Part shown: piece after piece, positions 26,285 to 40,028 of the stretch
Layout: every line of letters starts with the position of its first letter
Position numbering within the stretch: position 1 is the stretch's first letter
Assembly: GCF_006345805.1 (NCBI RefSeq)
Contig: NC_043007.1
Location: 13,516,001 to 13,580,000 of the forward strand
Source of the DNA: Octopus sinensis
Taxonomy: Eukaryota
DNA length: 64,000 nt
Direction: 5' to 3'
The notes under the pieces: generated by a model
Told to the model about the DNA's origin: nothing
The model's database searches: none
What the model saw: only the letters and a program-made list of their open reading frames with translations
Translations under genes and position numbers: made by a program

Positions 26285-26786
26285 TAAATGCAGACTTCCC
26301 AAAAAAAAAAAAAGAGAAAAAAAAATGATAATAATAAACAAACAAAAACAACCACATATTATGAACATTACAAATGCAGTCTGTAAGAGTAACAATAAAA
26401 ATATGCTTGACTTTACTGAAATTCAAAATGTAAATTTGTGTTCCTTATTTGCATTCAAAGATGGAGCTTCTATCGTCGTCAGAAAACAGGCTCCTTCCTT
26501 AAAGGAAGATTTCAAAGAATTCGAATACATACCTACATACCTACACACATACGCACACGGGCATAAAAATATATTCATGCATATATGAATACGTGCATAC
26601 TCTTATATATATAATATATATATATATGTATGTATGTATATATATACATACATATATATATATATGTATATATATATGTATGTATATATAGTATATTATG
26701 TATGTTTATATAGATATTATATATATTATATATTATATATAGTTATATATATGTACATAAATATATATATATATTATATATGTATG

Positions 26787-26827
<41 letters not shown>

Positions 26828-26840
26828 TATATATATATAA

Positions 26841-26878
<38 letters not shown>

Positions 26879-26909
26879 CATATAATATATATACATACAT
26901 CTATACATA

Positions 26910-27290
26910 CGTTACAAGAATGTTTGCAAAAGGGACAGGAAGGCCTGCAATATCAATATTAGCGGTTGGGAGGCAGTTGCCGGCAACCGTGGAGACTGGC
27001 GACGTACCGTAAAAGAGGAAATACAAAGGAGTGACAGAGAGAGAGAGAGAGGAGAAATGGAAAGACAAGAAAAGACGTCAACAAGAAACTATGGCATTAC
27101 AACCAGCCAGGAAGAGTCTTCGCTACATTTGCGGTACCTGCCAGAGGGGGTGTTTGTCCAGGATAGGACTACACAGCCACAGCAGGAAATGTATCAGGAC
27201 ATGAAATGAAAAAGCCGGACTAGACTACTTTATGCCGCAACTCCATTGTCTCCCGAGACAAAAAGGATGCCAACCACAACCAACCAAACA
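26910..27290 (+). mobile_element. RTE (BovB-like) LINE 3' end
   Basis: RYKNVCKRDRKACNINISGWEAVAGNRGDWRRTV, YICGTCQRGCLSRIGLHSHSRKC, tail ccattgtctcccgagacaaaaggatgcca then CAA/CAAC-type repeats. Confidence 0.88.
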
Positions 27291-27295
27291 CAATA

Positions 27296-27373
<78 letters not shown>

Positions 27374-27663
27374 GCACATATGCATACTGACACATACATG
27401 GGTGTACATTCAGTCACTATGCAGTCTTTTGTGTATGTATATGTTGAAAAGCACATAGACATGTGAGTAGTATGCCACCTTACCCGCTCAATGTATATTG
27501 TATACACGCACAATATATTCAAAATTATGAAGTACATTACAACTTCTCTTATCCCAGAAATATAATGTACAATACAGTTTTAGAATATTAAATTTTACTA
27601 CGGCACATACTATTCAAGAACCCCCCCCCCTTCCAGCACAAACCAAAAATAGTATCCATAGAC

Positions 27664-27864
27664 CAGTGGTTTTCAAGCAGGGTTCCGTCAGTACAGTCCA
27701 GGGGTTCCGCAAGAAGTTATAAAACTGCTAAAATCGGCAGTCATTTTTAATTCTCCTGTGCAGATATGTGTGCATAAGACAATTAAATTATTGCACAGGG
27801 GTTCCTCGAGCCAATGGAGTGTTTCCTTGGGGTTCCGCTCCAGCAAAAAGTTTGAAAAGCACTG
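27664..27864. mobile_element. hAT (Charlie-like) MITE
   Basis: TIRs cagtggttttcaa / ttgaaaagcactg; perfect 8-bp TSD ccatagac at 27656-27663 and 27865-27872. Confidence 0.92.
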
Positions 27865-27921
27865 CCATAGACAATAGAACACTCACATACTGACACACAC
27901 ATATACACACACACGCACACA

Positions 27922-27957
<36 letters not shown>

Positions 27958-28015
27958 AACACACACACATACCCATATATATATTGGCGTGGGTAGTGTT
28001 GTAGTAAGAAGCTTG

Positions 28016-28160
28016 CCGAGGTCGACTTTGCCTTTCATCCATTCGGGGTCGATAAATTAAGTACCAGTTACACACTGGAGTCGATGTAATCGGCTTAATC
28101 CGTCTGTCTGTCCTTGTTTGTACCCTCTGTGTTTAGCCCCTTGTGGGCAATAAAGAAATA
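28016..28160 (+). mobile_element. 5'-truncated SINE B (Tx1-like tail) nested in SINE A
   Basis: Flanked by duplicated taagaagcttg. Confidence 0.88.
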
Positions 28161-28445
28161 AGAAGCTTGTTTCCCAGTGACATGGTTCCGGTTTCAGGCC
28201 ACCAGGGAAAGTGTCTTCCTCTATAGCCTCGGATTGACCAAAGACTTGTGAGTGAATTTGGTAGACTGAAACCGAAAGAAGCCCGTCGTATATATGTATG
28301 TGTGTGTGTTTCTTTGCGTATGTGATTGTCCACCAACACCGTTTGACAACTGGTGTTGGTGTTCTTACGTCGCTTCACTTAGCAGTTTGGCCAAAAAGTT
28401 CGACAGAATGAGCACCAGACTTTATACAAAAAAATAACAAATACC

Positions 28446-28763
28446 TTTATTTATTTATTTATGCACCCTTATCAAGCCTAGCCAGGCTCATGGGCTCGGT
28501 TTCCCGGTTTCTATGACGTATGTGTTCCCTCCCAGCTGGATCGGACGCCAGTTCATCGCAGCCTTACTCAAGAAACAGGAAAAAAGAGTGAGAGAAATTT
28601 GAGGTGAAAGAGTTCAACAGGTGTCGCCACCAACCCCTGCCGGAGCTTCGTGGAGCATTTAGGTGTTTTCGCTCAATAAACACACACAACGCCCGGTTTG
28701 GGTATCGAAACCGCGATCTTCCGACCGCGAGTCCGCTGCCCTAACCACTGGGCCATTGCGCCT
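28446..28763 (-). mobile_element. SINE family C with V-like tail, nested in SINE A
   Basis: Minus strand ggcgcaatggcccagtggttagggcagcggactcgcgg...gtttcgataccc; (ATAA)n end. Confidence 0.9.
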
Positions 28764-29604
28764 ACACAATAAGTACCTAGATTGGCTAAATTTATTCAAC
28801 GCGATGCCCTAGCTTGGTCGCAGTCTAATGACTGAAACAAGAAAAAAAGTTGGGGGGGGGGGAAGGGAATGCTATATATGGAAACAGACGAATTGAAATT
28901 ATAACTAATCTTCAGTCAGTTACCACATCAAAAATCTATTCTAGCTTGTATTGGAAACTTCCATGTAATAAAGAGCTACTAGAAAATTATCCTTGTATTT
29001 AGCACTCATGCGTGTTGCATATTTGTGCATTTTAATGTTCACCATTGGCGTATGTATTGAATATTCTTATCGAATACGCTTCTAGGGAAACAATTTTTCT
29101 GCAAAATTTTCTATAAATTCTTTCTTAGAATATTTTTTTCACACTGATATGTTCTTACATGTATAACCTATGATCCCCGCTAGGTTATTTTCAGCGTGTT
29201 TCGAATTTAAGCAAGCGATGCGTACACGAGCAAACCTCATGCAATCAGTCGCTTGAGGACCAGGAACTAGAAATGTCGAATAGTGACGAAGGCGAATTCA
29301 ACTTTGTATCAATAAATAAATAAATAAGTCAAGAAATAAATGTATCTTAGGATGTCTGCATATATCTAAATACCAATTCCCTCTCTTTCACTATCTCTCC
29401 CTCACTCTCCACACATACATACAAAACAAAACACAAATTTCTACATGCACTGACGCCAAATACTGCACATATAGACAGTTACATACAAACACACATACAC
29501 ACACACCTGTATATATACACATACAAACAAACAAGCGAACAAACAGAGATCCTGTTGATTTTGTTGAAATTCCAATGAAGCAATCTTGGATGTAGGTTAG
29601 AAAC

Positions 29605-29785
29605 CGGCTCTTTCTCTATTGGCAAGAAATCTACTCTACTCTAGGCACAAGGCCCGAAATTTTGAGGGAGGCCAGTCAATTAGATCGACCCCATTACGCA
29701 AATGGTACTTAACTTATAGGCACCGAAAAGATGAAAGGCAAAGGCGACCTCGGCGGAATTTGAACTCAGAACGTAAAGACAGAAG
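29605..29785 (-). mobile_element. SINE B fragment with type-1 tail
   Basis: ctaggcacaaggcccgaaatttt...ggaatttgaactcagaacg. Confidence 0.85.
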
Positions 29786-30272
29786 AATTGTCAATAAATC
29801 ATGAAATAAAACTGAATAATGACATATATACAGGCATATATGTTATTAATGACTTGTAGACACACGGTATTTTATTGTGCAACCATAATATATTGCAAAG
29901 TATAATATATTAGATAATATATTACAAAGTATATTAAACGTTTTTATAAGTCAATACCCTGTACTACTGTGTTAGCAGTGCCATGAAATCACGTGCTAAA
30001 ATCATTTCTACAGATTTTCTGTAGAAAATGAAGCCAGCACAGGTTTTGTTACGGCGTTTCGTACCGGAGACGTCAGATGTAAACAAACAATAAGATCGAA
30101 GATGAAAAGATGGATAATGGGCGAGATTTTTGTCCTTCATCAGCACCCATCTAATCCATTAATAACCCATGAACTCATTGCTTGAATAGCCACTACGTAT
30201 AGCGGTGTAACGGTATTGGATATATCAATTTACATATTAAAAACGCTCCTGGACGCTGGTACTAAATATCCG

Positions 30273-30852
30273 TTTCTACTCTAGATAAAAGGTCCGATAT
30301 TTTGGGGGTGGGAACCAGCCAATTAGATCGACCGCAGTACGCTACTGGTACTTAATTTATCGACCCCGAAAGGATGAAAGGCAAAGTCGACCTCGGCGGA
30401 ATTTGAGCTCAGAACGCAACGGCAGACGAAATACCTATTTCTTTACTACCCACAAGGGTCTAAACACAGAGGGGACAAACAAGGACAGACATAGGTATTA
30501 AGTCGATTACATCGACCCCAGTGCGTAACTGGTACTTAGTTTATCGACCTCGAAAGGATGAAAGGCAAAGTCAATCTAGGCGGAATTTGAACTCAGAACA
30601 TAACGGCAGACGAAATACCTATTTCTTTATTACCCACAAGGGGCTAAACACAGAGGGGACAAACAAGGACAGACATAGGTATTAAGTCGATTACATCGAC
30701 CCCAGTGCGTAACTGGTACTTAATTTATCAACCCCGAAAGGATGAAAGGCAAAGTCGACCTCGGCGGAATTTGAACTCACAACGTAACGCAGACGAAATA
30801 CCGCTAAGCATTTCGCCCGGCGTGCTAACGATTCTGCCAGCTCGGCCGCCTT
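30273..30852 (-). mobile_element. SINE B trimer (two Tx1-like tails, one type-1 tail)
   Basis: Repeated bodies; imperfect flanking duplication gctggtactaaatat / gcaggtatgtaaatat. Confidence 0.9.
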
Positions 30853-31659
30853 GCAGGTATGTAAATATTAATGCCATGTAGGCACACAGTATTTCGTTAT
30901 GCAACTGTAATATGCTACAAAGTATATTGAACGTTTTTATAAGTCAATATCGAGTCCTGCTGTGTTAGAGGAAACCTAAAGTGGTCTGTTTATTCATATT
31001 TCTGAATTGAAGTGATTGAATTAACATTTGACTTTGCAGCGTCAAAATTTAAGTGTAAGAACATCTTAGGTAATGTATATTGAAATGCACGCCCGCCTGA
31101 GAATAATAAGCTAATCTCAAAAGTTAAGAAAAAAACCAAATTCAGAAGAAACTTCTTAAACAAAGAAGACTGAATATCAGAAAAAAAAAATAACATGTGA
31201 TTAAATGACTTTGAAAACTGTAAGGTATGTAGCATTGGCAAATTCTTGTAACGCCCGCAAATCTGCTATGGTCTGTCGCTCTGCATGGAAGTTCCCGGAA
31301 TCTTCAAAGTATTCTAATATGATTAGCTTCTAAGGCTTCTCTAATATGTCAGATGCCGACTGCTGCATGCTAAAGTATTAAATTTAGGAAAGATTGAGGC
31401 AAAGGGTAATTTTTCCTCATTGTTGGGCTCCCATAGTAATCAAGCGTCGAGGTTGACCCAATGAATATTTTCACTTGGCTATTAGTCTTGAGAAAAGAAA
31501 AAAAGAACAGAATATTAAAACATACAACACCCTAAAACAGAGACACACCCACACTTCTAGTAAGAGATGAACTCTTACTACTGAGACTCATTTATAAAGT
31601 TCATTATTATTAACGTAAAAGAAGGTGTCTTTAACTTATAATCAGCTAAGGCCATACTT

Positions 31660-32055
31660 GAAAAATCTGAGGATAATAATACGCAGTTTAATGCTGAAAA
31701 ATTCCAGGCCCTGCGCTCTTAGCATCCAAAACTGAATATGAAACTTACAGGGAATTTCAATCCCAGAGCCTAAATCAGTGAGGGACCTGGGTATCGACAT
31801 GAGTGACGATGCCTCTTTCCAAGTGCACATTACCAGGATGGCGACAAAGTGCAGACGACCGGCTGGATGGTTCCAAAGAACAGTCAGAACCAGAGATAAG
31901 GAAACCATGATGGTCCTCTGGCGGACATTCGTCCTCAGCCGCATGGATTACTGCTCACAGATATGGTCACCCACCTGTGTGAAATTAACAGGGGACCTCG
32001 AAGCAATCTAGAGAAGATTCACAAAGAAGATCGTCTCTTTGCAACAGCTCAGCTG
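31660..32055 (+). mobile_element. CR1-group LINE ORF2 fragment
   Basis: VRDLGIDMSDDASFQVHI...LWRTFVLSRMDYCSQIWSP...LEAI*RRFTK. Confidence 0.88.
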
Positions 32056-32327
32056 ATACACAAGAGGCAAGTGTCTGTAGTGAGAAACATGACTTTATAG
32101 GGATTATACATCTATCAATCCAGGTAGACAGAGGTGCAGAAAAATCATGTATTTAAACATAAAATATAACATGATCGGAATTACGATTATAGTTAGGTGT
32201 ATTCCAGCTTCGACTGACATCATTTGCCCACTTCTCATAAACAACAAAAGATTGTTAAATGAAATAAGAGATAAATTAGCTTCAGCAGCTCATGTAGCAT
32301 AGGACCCGAATTATTTTTTTACCACTT

Positions 32328-32382
32328 CATCATCATCATCACCACCACGTCACCATCATCATCCTCATCACCACCACGTCAC

Positions 32383-32415
<33 letters not shown>

Positions 32416-32416
32416 T

Positions 32417-32450
<34 letters not shown>

Positions 32451-32478
32451 CATCATCATCATCATTATCATCATCATT

Positions 32479-32521
<43 letters not shown>

Positions 32522-32555
32522 CCATCACGTAACCATCATCATCATCATCATCATT

Positions 32556-32599
<44 letters not shown>

Positions 32600-32748
32600 A
32601 TTCATCATACTCATCATCATCATAATCCTCACCACCACCAGAACCACCATCTTTGTCATCATCACCACATTCATCATCATCATCATCATCATTATCATCA
32701 TCACTACCACCACCACCACCACACCACCACCACCACCACCACCACCAG
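32328..32748. repeat. (CAT)n/(CAC)n microsatellite
   Basis: Seen directly. Confidence 0.95.
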
Positions 32749-32961
32749 CGCCGGAATAATAAAAAAGAAATAGCAACATAAAAATATAATGCTAAGTTAA
32801 GCTTGGACAAAAACAGAAACTGCATATTTTGCATTTGCATATGTGAATTGCGTTCATTGCAAAACAAAAAAAGAAAAAGCCGTCGCGATTCTGTTGTGCA
32901 TCACGTCAAGATATTGCGTTACTGCAGTTAGATTGCACAACAGCATAATTGTACCAGAACA

Positions 32962-33380
32962 TATTGGTAACTCTGTCGCAGTGTTTCTGACTCATTAAAA
33001 CAATGTAACGTTCTGTTAATAAGGTATATTTAACCGTCGAGGCCGACTCTGCCTCTTATCGTTTCGGGGTCGATAAATTAAGTACCAGTTGCACACAGGG
33101 GTCGATCTTATCGACTGACCTCCTCTCCCAAAATTTCGGGTCTTGTGCCTAGAGCAGAAAAGAATATGTTGGTAACTCAGTCGCAGTGTGTCTGACTTAT
33201 TAAAACAATGTGACATCCACTTAATAAAGTATATTTATCCGTCGAGGTCGACTCTGTCTTTTGTCCTTTTGGGGTCGATAAATTAAGTACCAGTTGCGCA
33301 CAGAGGTCGATCTTATCGACTGGCCCCTCCCGCCAAAATTCGGGCCTTTTGCCTAGAATAGAAAAGAATAAAGTATATTT
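32962..33380 (+). repeat. Tandem duplication of about 204 bp (unique flank plus truncated SINE B)
   Basis: ttggtaactc...gtcgcagtgt...attaaaacaatgt followed by a SINE B body and type-1 tail, twice. Confidence 0.88.
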
Positions 33381-33469
33381 GTTTCTTTTTTTAGCCTCTG
33401 TCACTCTCCTCACAAGCCATTCTTATGACCGTAACCGTTTTAGATTTAACAATTAACAAAATTAAAAGG

Positions 33470-33708
33470 TAAAGCCCCTTCCCGTGTCATATAGACTCAT
33501 AAAGCTAGTTTCCCGGTTTTTGTAGCGTATATATATCCTCTACTGGACGGGGTGCCAATCCGTCGTTACTCATTTTTGCCTGCATTATAGCAAAGTGAAA
33601 TGAAGTGTTTTGCTTAAGAACACAACGCATTGCTGGATTCAGGAATCGAAATCCCATTCTTCCGATCATGAGTGTAACACGCTAACCACTTAGCCATGCG
33701 ATTCCACA
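33470..33708 (-). mobile_element. SINE family D
   Basis: gaaatgaagtgttttgcttaagaacacaac...aggaatcgaaa...ctaaccacttagccatgcg. Confidence 0.8.
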
Positions 33709-33906
33709 TGTGAAAATTACGTCTTTGCTGTTCACAATTAGGAGTTGTAATTCTATGCAGTTCGCTCCACCCTTCCGACCCGTTCCCGAGTCTTGTTAAA
33801 TCAAAGTTGCATTCAAATACTGGTTATCGTGATAGTGACCAGTTATCTTACATTTTAAATTGCTGGCCTTAGTTTTAAATCAGTAACCATTATTAGAGAT
33901 AATTGA

Positions 33907-34105
33907 AGGCGATGAGCTAGCAAAATCATTAATATGGGGAGCAAACTGCTTCGCGACATTTTGTCCGACTTTCTGTACAGAGTTCACATACCACCGAGGT
34001 CGACTTTGCTTTTCATCCTTTGAGGTCGATAAAAATAAGGATAAATCGAGCACTGCGGTTGATCAATCGACTTATAGGCCTTGTCTCTACAGAAGAAAGG
34101 TTTAT
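33907..34105 (+). mobile_element. Degenerate SINE B
   Basis: aggcgatgagctagcaaaa...gaggtcgactttgcttttcatcctt. Confidence 0.75.
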
Positions 34106-34492
34106 TAGAAGCAGTTGAGTAATTTTTGCGATTTATCTTTACTTTTTAACAAAGACACCTTGAGGTTTGAGTGCTCCTTGCCATTTTAAACTTCTAAACA
34201 ATCGAGCGACCATGTAATATCCATCCAATCATTATTACCCCATCTCTGTATATCAACTGCTAAGTTACCTGAGATAGTTTACACCCAAAGTCGCGAAGCT
34301 TTACTACATACTGCGATCTGTGGGCATAACCGGGGGGGGGGGTTCTTGTTGCACTAGCTGCATATGTATGTTTCATGACATTCGGCACCACCTGTATTTG
34401 TTTCATTTCATAAGACCGGTGTGTCAAAAATTTGGATACATATTTAATTAGGACACTCATGTCGTTTGAGAGATTCATCATGAATAATTTTT

Positions 34493-34575
<83 letters not shown>

Positions 34576-35131
34576 TGAAGAAAGCTATTAGCTACTATTC
34601 TTTCCAAAAATCTTTGTTTATTACGATGTTTGATTGTAATTCTAGATTAGAGAAAACAGTTTTTGTCTTTTTTTAGACGATATTGGAAGAAGAGTTTGTT
34701 GCAAATTGTCTTATGATAGAATTTTAATGCATTTTCTGCGAGCCTAAAAATGACTTTTGTTTTAATATGTTTTCTTCTTCTGGAAATAAATATGTTTCTT
34801 GTGAGCGATTGCAATCTTGCATAAGTCCCAGCACAGCTTCTGTACAGAAAATTATTTAATGCAAAACTTCAAACGAGTAGGTGACACATAGAAAAGACCC
34901 TAAGTCAAAATGGCTGTCATATCTTTCTCATATCCCATATACAATACCTACGCGCACTTACAAATAGGAAGTAGGTTTGACACATTGGATTATAAACTCC
35001 TCGACATGAAATGGGATTGACAACTCGATAAAGGGAAACCCCTTCAGAATTGATCAATTTGAAAAAATAGCAGTGAAGTTAATCTTAACTCGTTGATTTA
35101 GTTAAGATTAAAAGATTTTCATTATACTTTC

Positions 35132-35343
35132 TTAGTTAGTTAGTTAATTTTTTTGGCTCAAAAAGCAAAAAGCAAGGCCATGTAGGGGGACATGGAGTTA
35201 TGTACAGGGTGGTGTTCATGTAAAGAGTTCAGGCCAATTGTGGTCAAAGGAGACTTTGAACCGAGCGGTCGTCGACATCTTCACCATCTCGTCCTGCAGC
35301 TTATTCCACGGATCCGCAACCCGGACGGAGAAAGCCCCTCTCC
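35132..35343 (-). mobile_element. CR1-group LINE 3' end
   Basis: RRGAFSVRVADPWNKLQDEMVKMSTTARFKVSFD, short 3'UTR, (ACTA)n tail. Confidence 0.85.
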
Positions 35344-35693
35344 TTTGTGTTGAAACACACAAGAGAATGGCAGTGATTACATTTCCTATTTTGAAAAAAA
35401 AAGGAAAAAAAAAACACCACAATAGTAAATACCAGTAATTAATTTCGGACACCGACAGCTTGTGGACTAACACCCAAATTTAGCAAAGGATTGTGAAAAA
35501 TATTTGTGGTTTTAGATATTAGCAGAAGGCTTGCAATTCAAAGGATGAACAAAATGGATAGCATCGACCTTACTGCTAAACAATAAAAAGGGGCTGTCGA
35601 TTGAACTCAGGAACAAATGACGCATAGTATTTTGACTGATGTGATGACAAGTCTACGAGCTCGGTTCCACATTTTAATAATTTTGCTATCATA

Positions 35694-36312
35694 AGGCGGC
35701 GAGCTGGCAGAAACGTTAGCACACCGGGCGAAATGCTTAGCGGCATTTCGTTAATCTTTACATTCTGGGTTCAAATTCCGCCGAGGACGACTTTGCATTT
35801 CATCCTTTCGGGGTCGATTAAATAAGTACCAGTTACGCACTGGGGTCGATAAAATCGACTTAATCCGTTTGTCTGTCCTTGTTTATCCTCTCTGTGTTTA
35901 GCCCCTTGTGAGTAGTAAAGAAATAGGTAATTTCGCCTGTCTTTATATTCTGAGTTCAAATTCCGCCGAGGTCGACTTTCACTTTCATCCTTTCGGGGTC
36001 GATAAATTAAATACCAATTACGTACTGGGATCGATGTAATCGACAACCCCATTGTCTGTCCTTTTTTGTCCCCTCTGTGTTTAGCCCCTTGTGGGTAATA
36101 AAGAAATAAGAGGTGTTAGCACGCCGGGCGAAATGCTTAGTATTATTTCGCCTGTCTTAACATTCTGAGTTCAAATTCCGCTAAGGTCGACTTTGCCTTT
36201 TATCCTTTCGGGGGAGATAAATTAAATACTAGTTGAGTTACTGATGTCGATGTAATCGACTGGCCGCCTCCGCCAAAATTTCAGGCCTTATGCTTGGAGT
36301 TGAAAAGAATAA
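35694..36312 (+). mobile_element. SINE B trimer inside one target-site duplication
   Basis: TSD aataattttgctatcata (35676-35693) / aataatttagctattata (36308-36325). Confidence 0.9.
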
Positions 36313-36329
36313 TTTAGCTATTATAACAA

Positions 36330-36527
36330 ACTACTCCCACAGAAAAGGCTCGTGTCTAACCCTTAGCATGTAAGGTGATGCTCACAGACTTTTGGGACCA
36401 GCATAGAATAGTGACGGTGAATTTTCTTGCAAAGTGCACCACAATTAATGGGGCATATTATGATTTCTGCATCTTTGCAGGACACCATCAAAGCAGAGAG
36501 GAGGGGCATGCTGACCGAAGGAGTCAA
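36330..36527 (+). mobile_element. Mariner transposase catalytic-domain fragment
   Basis: KVMLTDFWDQHRIVTVNFLAKCTTINGAYY, frameshift, LQDTIKAERRGMLTEGV. Confidence 0.85.
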
Positions 36528-37601
36528 TTGTGCTATAGAATCTTCGAACATGCCGTTCAGCACTTTTCCTTGCCTGCTAACGTATCTGCCAGCACCTAAC
36601 TTTAGAGTAGCAAAACCATTAACAATTATTCTTCAAGGCTAGTAAACTGCAAAATATAAATATCCACACTGCCACACTTCAAACGTACCTGCTATAACTC
36701 TTTATCTCGATTTGAATATACGTGAAGGTATTTAGAATGTCCAAACATATTTCTGTAAAGGTGCTAAGCACTGGTTCTAATCATAAATTAATAAGCGTAG
36801 GAGCGAGGTAAATGCAGTTAAAATAGCGGGGCCAGTGGAGTGACATTTGAGCGGCCCTTCAGAAATCGAACCTTCTCACGATACTTCCTGGGATTTCATG
36901 GTATGAATTCATTGTCATTGCTTCGATTTGGTCGCCAATGCCATGTATTTAGTTTAAAATGAAGTAAAATTAGGTTGAGGGATCAGTGGGGTCCACTTAG
37001 GTGGCCCTTAAAAAAATATACCCCCTTAGCACATTCCCTGGGATTAGGGGAGATGCTGGTTTGGGTATCGTTGTCCTTGCACCACACGGTCTATAAGGTG
37101 TTAACGAACATACAAACGTGACAGACAGAGAAGCATCATTCAAAATTATAATGGATGAGGCAATATACTATTTGGCATTTGTTCTAAATCTTTACGTTCT
37201 GAGTTCAAATTCTTTCGTGGTCGACTGTTCATTTTTATCCATTTGGAGTCAATAAAGTAAGTACAGGCTTAGCAGTAACGTCGATGAAGGGACTTGAACA
37301 AACGTCGTGGTCATAATAATTAACGATGATTTTTCGTATTAAGAAAAGGAATTTTAAGGGAGAGAACATCTGATTATATTAGATGCGATATACTTGAATA
37401 TCCCTCTAGAATTTCTTCCCTGGATATTTGAAAACCCTAGAAGTATTTAGCTTTCGATCGAAAATGTATAATTAGTTACCACAAATGCATTACCTCCACG
37501 GCACCCAATTTCTCTACACATATGTATCCATGTACATGAGCATGTATACATACATACATACAGACAGACAGACAGACACACACACATATATATGTATGCA
37601 A

Positions 37602-37666
<65 letters not shown>

Positions 37667-37677
37667 CATATATTGTT

Positions 37678-38021
37678 GAGGCGCAATGGCCCAGTGGTTG
37701 TGCCAGCGGATTCGCGGTTTCGATTCCCAGACCGGGTGTTGTGAATGTTTTTTGAGCGAAAACACCTGAAGCACAACGAGGCTCCGGCAGAGGGGTGTGT
37801 GGGCGGACTCTACTGTACACTTTGACCACAACTTTCTATCGCTCTTTCTTTATGTTTCCGTTGTACCTGTATTTCAAAGGGGCCAGCCTTGTCACGATCA
37901 ATCTCCCCGAGAATTACGCGTCTGTAGAGTGCTCAACCACTTGCATGTTAATTTCACGAGCAGGATTTTCCATTGATCGGATCAACTGGAACCCTCGTCA
38001 CCGTAATCGACGGAGTGCCAC
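37678..38021 (+). mobile_element. SINE family C variant with RTE-like tail
   Basis: Family C head and body, then a different 3' half ending ctcgtcaccgtaatcgacggagtgcca; (TA)n on both sides. Confidence 0.85.
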
Positions 38022-38289
38022 TATATATATATATATATATATATATAGATTAGTTCAAAATGTGACCGTGTGTGTATCGTTGGCGATATTTTCCCTTTGT
38101 GTTTTCTTGTTTGGATTAACTATATATATATATATATATCTATATATATCTTTTGTCCTTTACTTCTGTCCGTAATTCGATGGCGGCGGTTCACAGTCTT
38201 CAATTTTAAATTTTTAATACCTCGAGCTTATAAGTTCTGTCGCCGAACAGCTGGGTGACGAAGAAGTAAAGACGCGAACAGAGACACAA

Positions 38290-38332
38290 GGACACACACA
38301 GACACACACACACCTACACACACACATACAGG

Positions 38333-38389
<57 letters not shown>

Positions 38390-38403
38390 ATATATATATA
38401 TAT

Positions 38404-38452
<49 letters not shown>

Positions 38453-39118
38453 GTGTGTATGTGTGTTCGTGTGTGTGTTGGTATACGAAGGGCTTCGGCT
38501 TCTGTTTTAGGTTCTGTCTACCAGATACACGAAAAAATGGTTTGGTTGACCCGAGAATATGATGGAACCCACATCCAAGGTGCCATACATTGAGACTGAA
38601 CCCGAAACGATACGGTTGGCAAACTTCATATATACGTATGTAACACATATATGTATATATATGCACATGTTTTATATATAAATATATATAAATAATATAT
38701 ATACACAAACAAAACAGAGAAGGTACACAGATATAGAGCGCTTATGTGTGAATATACGTGTGTGTATGTGCGTGACGGATTTTGTGAGGGCCCAGGTGCT
38801 TCGTTGCATTCGTGTGTGTATGGAAGTTACATAGACTATGCTACACAAAGCGTGTGTTCAAAAGATCAATCTCTTGATGCGAAAAAGTATAACCAAGGAT
38901 TATCTATGTAATTTTACATGCAGTCATGTAAGGATGTATAAAACGAAAGCACATGGCGCGTGCGCGTGATCACACGCGCAGTTACGAATAACGCATACAT
39001 ATTTCTACGTAAAAATAGATGTATAGGAGATTAATATATAAATGAATATATCTGTATATATATATTATATACATATATATAATATATATATATTATATAT
39101 AATATAATATATATATAA

Positions 39119-39150
<32 letters not shown>

Positions 39151-39279
39151 GCATACATACAAGCATGCATACTTGTATACGAACATACACACATTCGTGT
39201 ATCTATGTATTTAGATGCAGATCTACACTTCAGCAAGCACACGTATATATCTATGAAAACATACACACACACATATATA

Positions 39280-39324
<45 letters not shown>

Positions 39325-39996
39325 TATATATATATACATGTAGGGAGGATATGCAGGTATCAATATGTACAAATTCAAATATGTATGTATTTGGATATAA
39401 ATATTATTCGTAAAATCTTTAAGTTATGCAAATAAACACACACATACATGCACAAATACGCACATATGTATATATATATATACATATATATATATATAAT
39501 ATATATATAAATATATATATATATACAAACATATATATATATATATTATATATATGAATACAAACATATATATATATATGCACACACGTATATATATATA
39601 TATACATATATATATGTATACATGTATATATGTATATATGTATATATATATATATATTATATATATATATATATATATACGCATATATATATATATACAT
39701 ATATATATAAACATACATACATACAAATACATAAACGTATATGTTTATGTAAAAATACATATATATATGCATATGTTTAACTTACACATATGCATACATA
39801 TATATGTGTATATATATATATATATATATAATATATATATATATATATACGTATATATGTATGTTTCTACTTATCTATGTAAGAATGGATGAATGCACGC
39901 ACATATGCTGTATTCATGTATGAAAATATGCCCCAATATAAGTATGCATACATGTGTGCATGTGCGCAAATCTATATATGCATATACTCTTATATT

Positions 39997-40028
<32 letters not shown>

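Larger units (their letters stand above)
27986..28846 (+). mobile_element. Old SINE A carrying two nested SINEs
   Basis: Family A segments at 27986-28015, 28161-28435 and 28769-28846. Confidence 0.8.

Noticed and set aside
36640-37157. Possible degenerate Helitron/Helentron
   Set aside because: One end is suggestive but I could not find the CTAG and hairpin terminus
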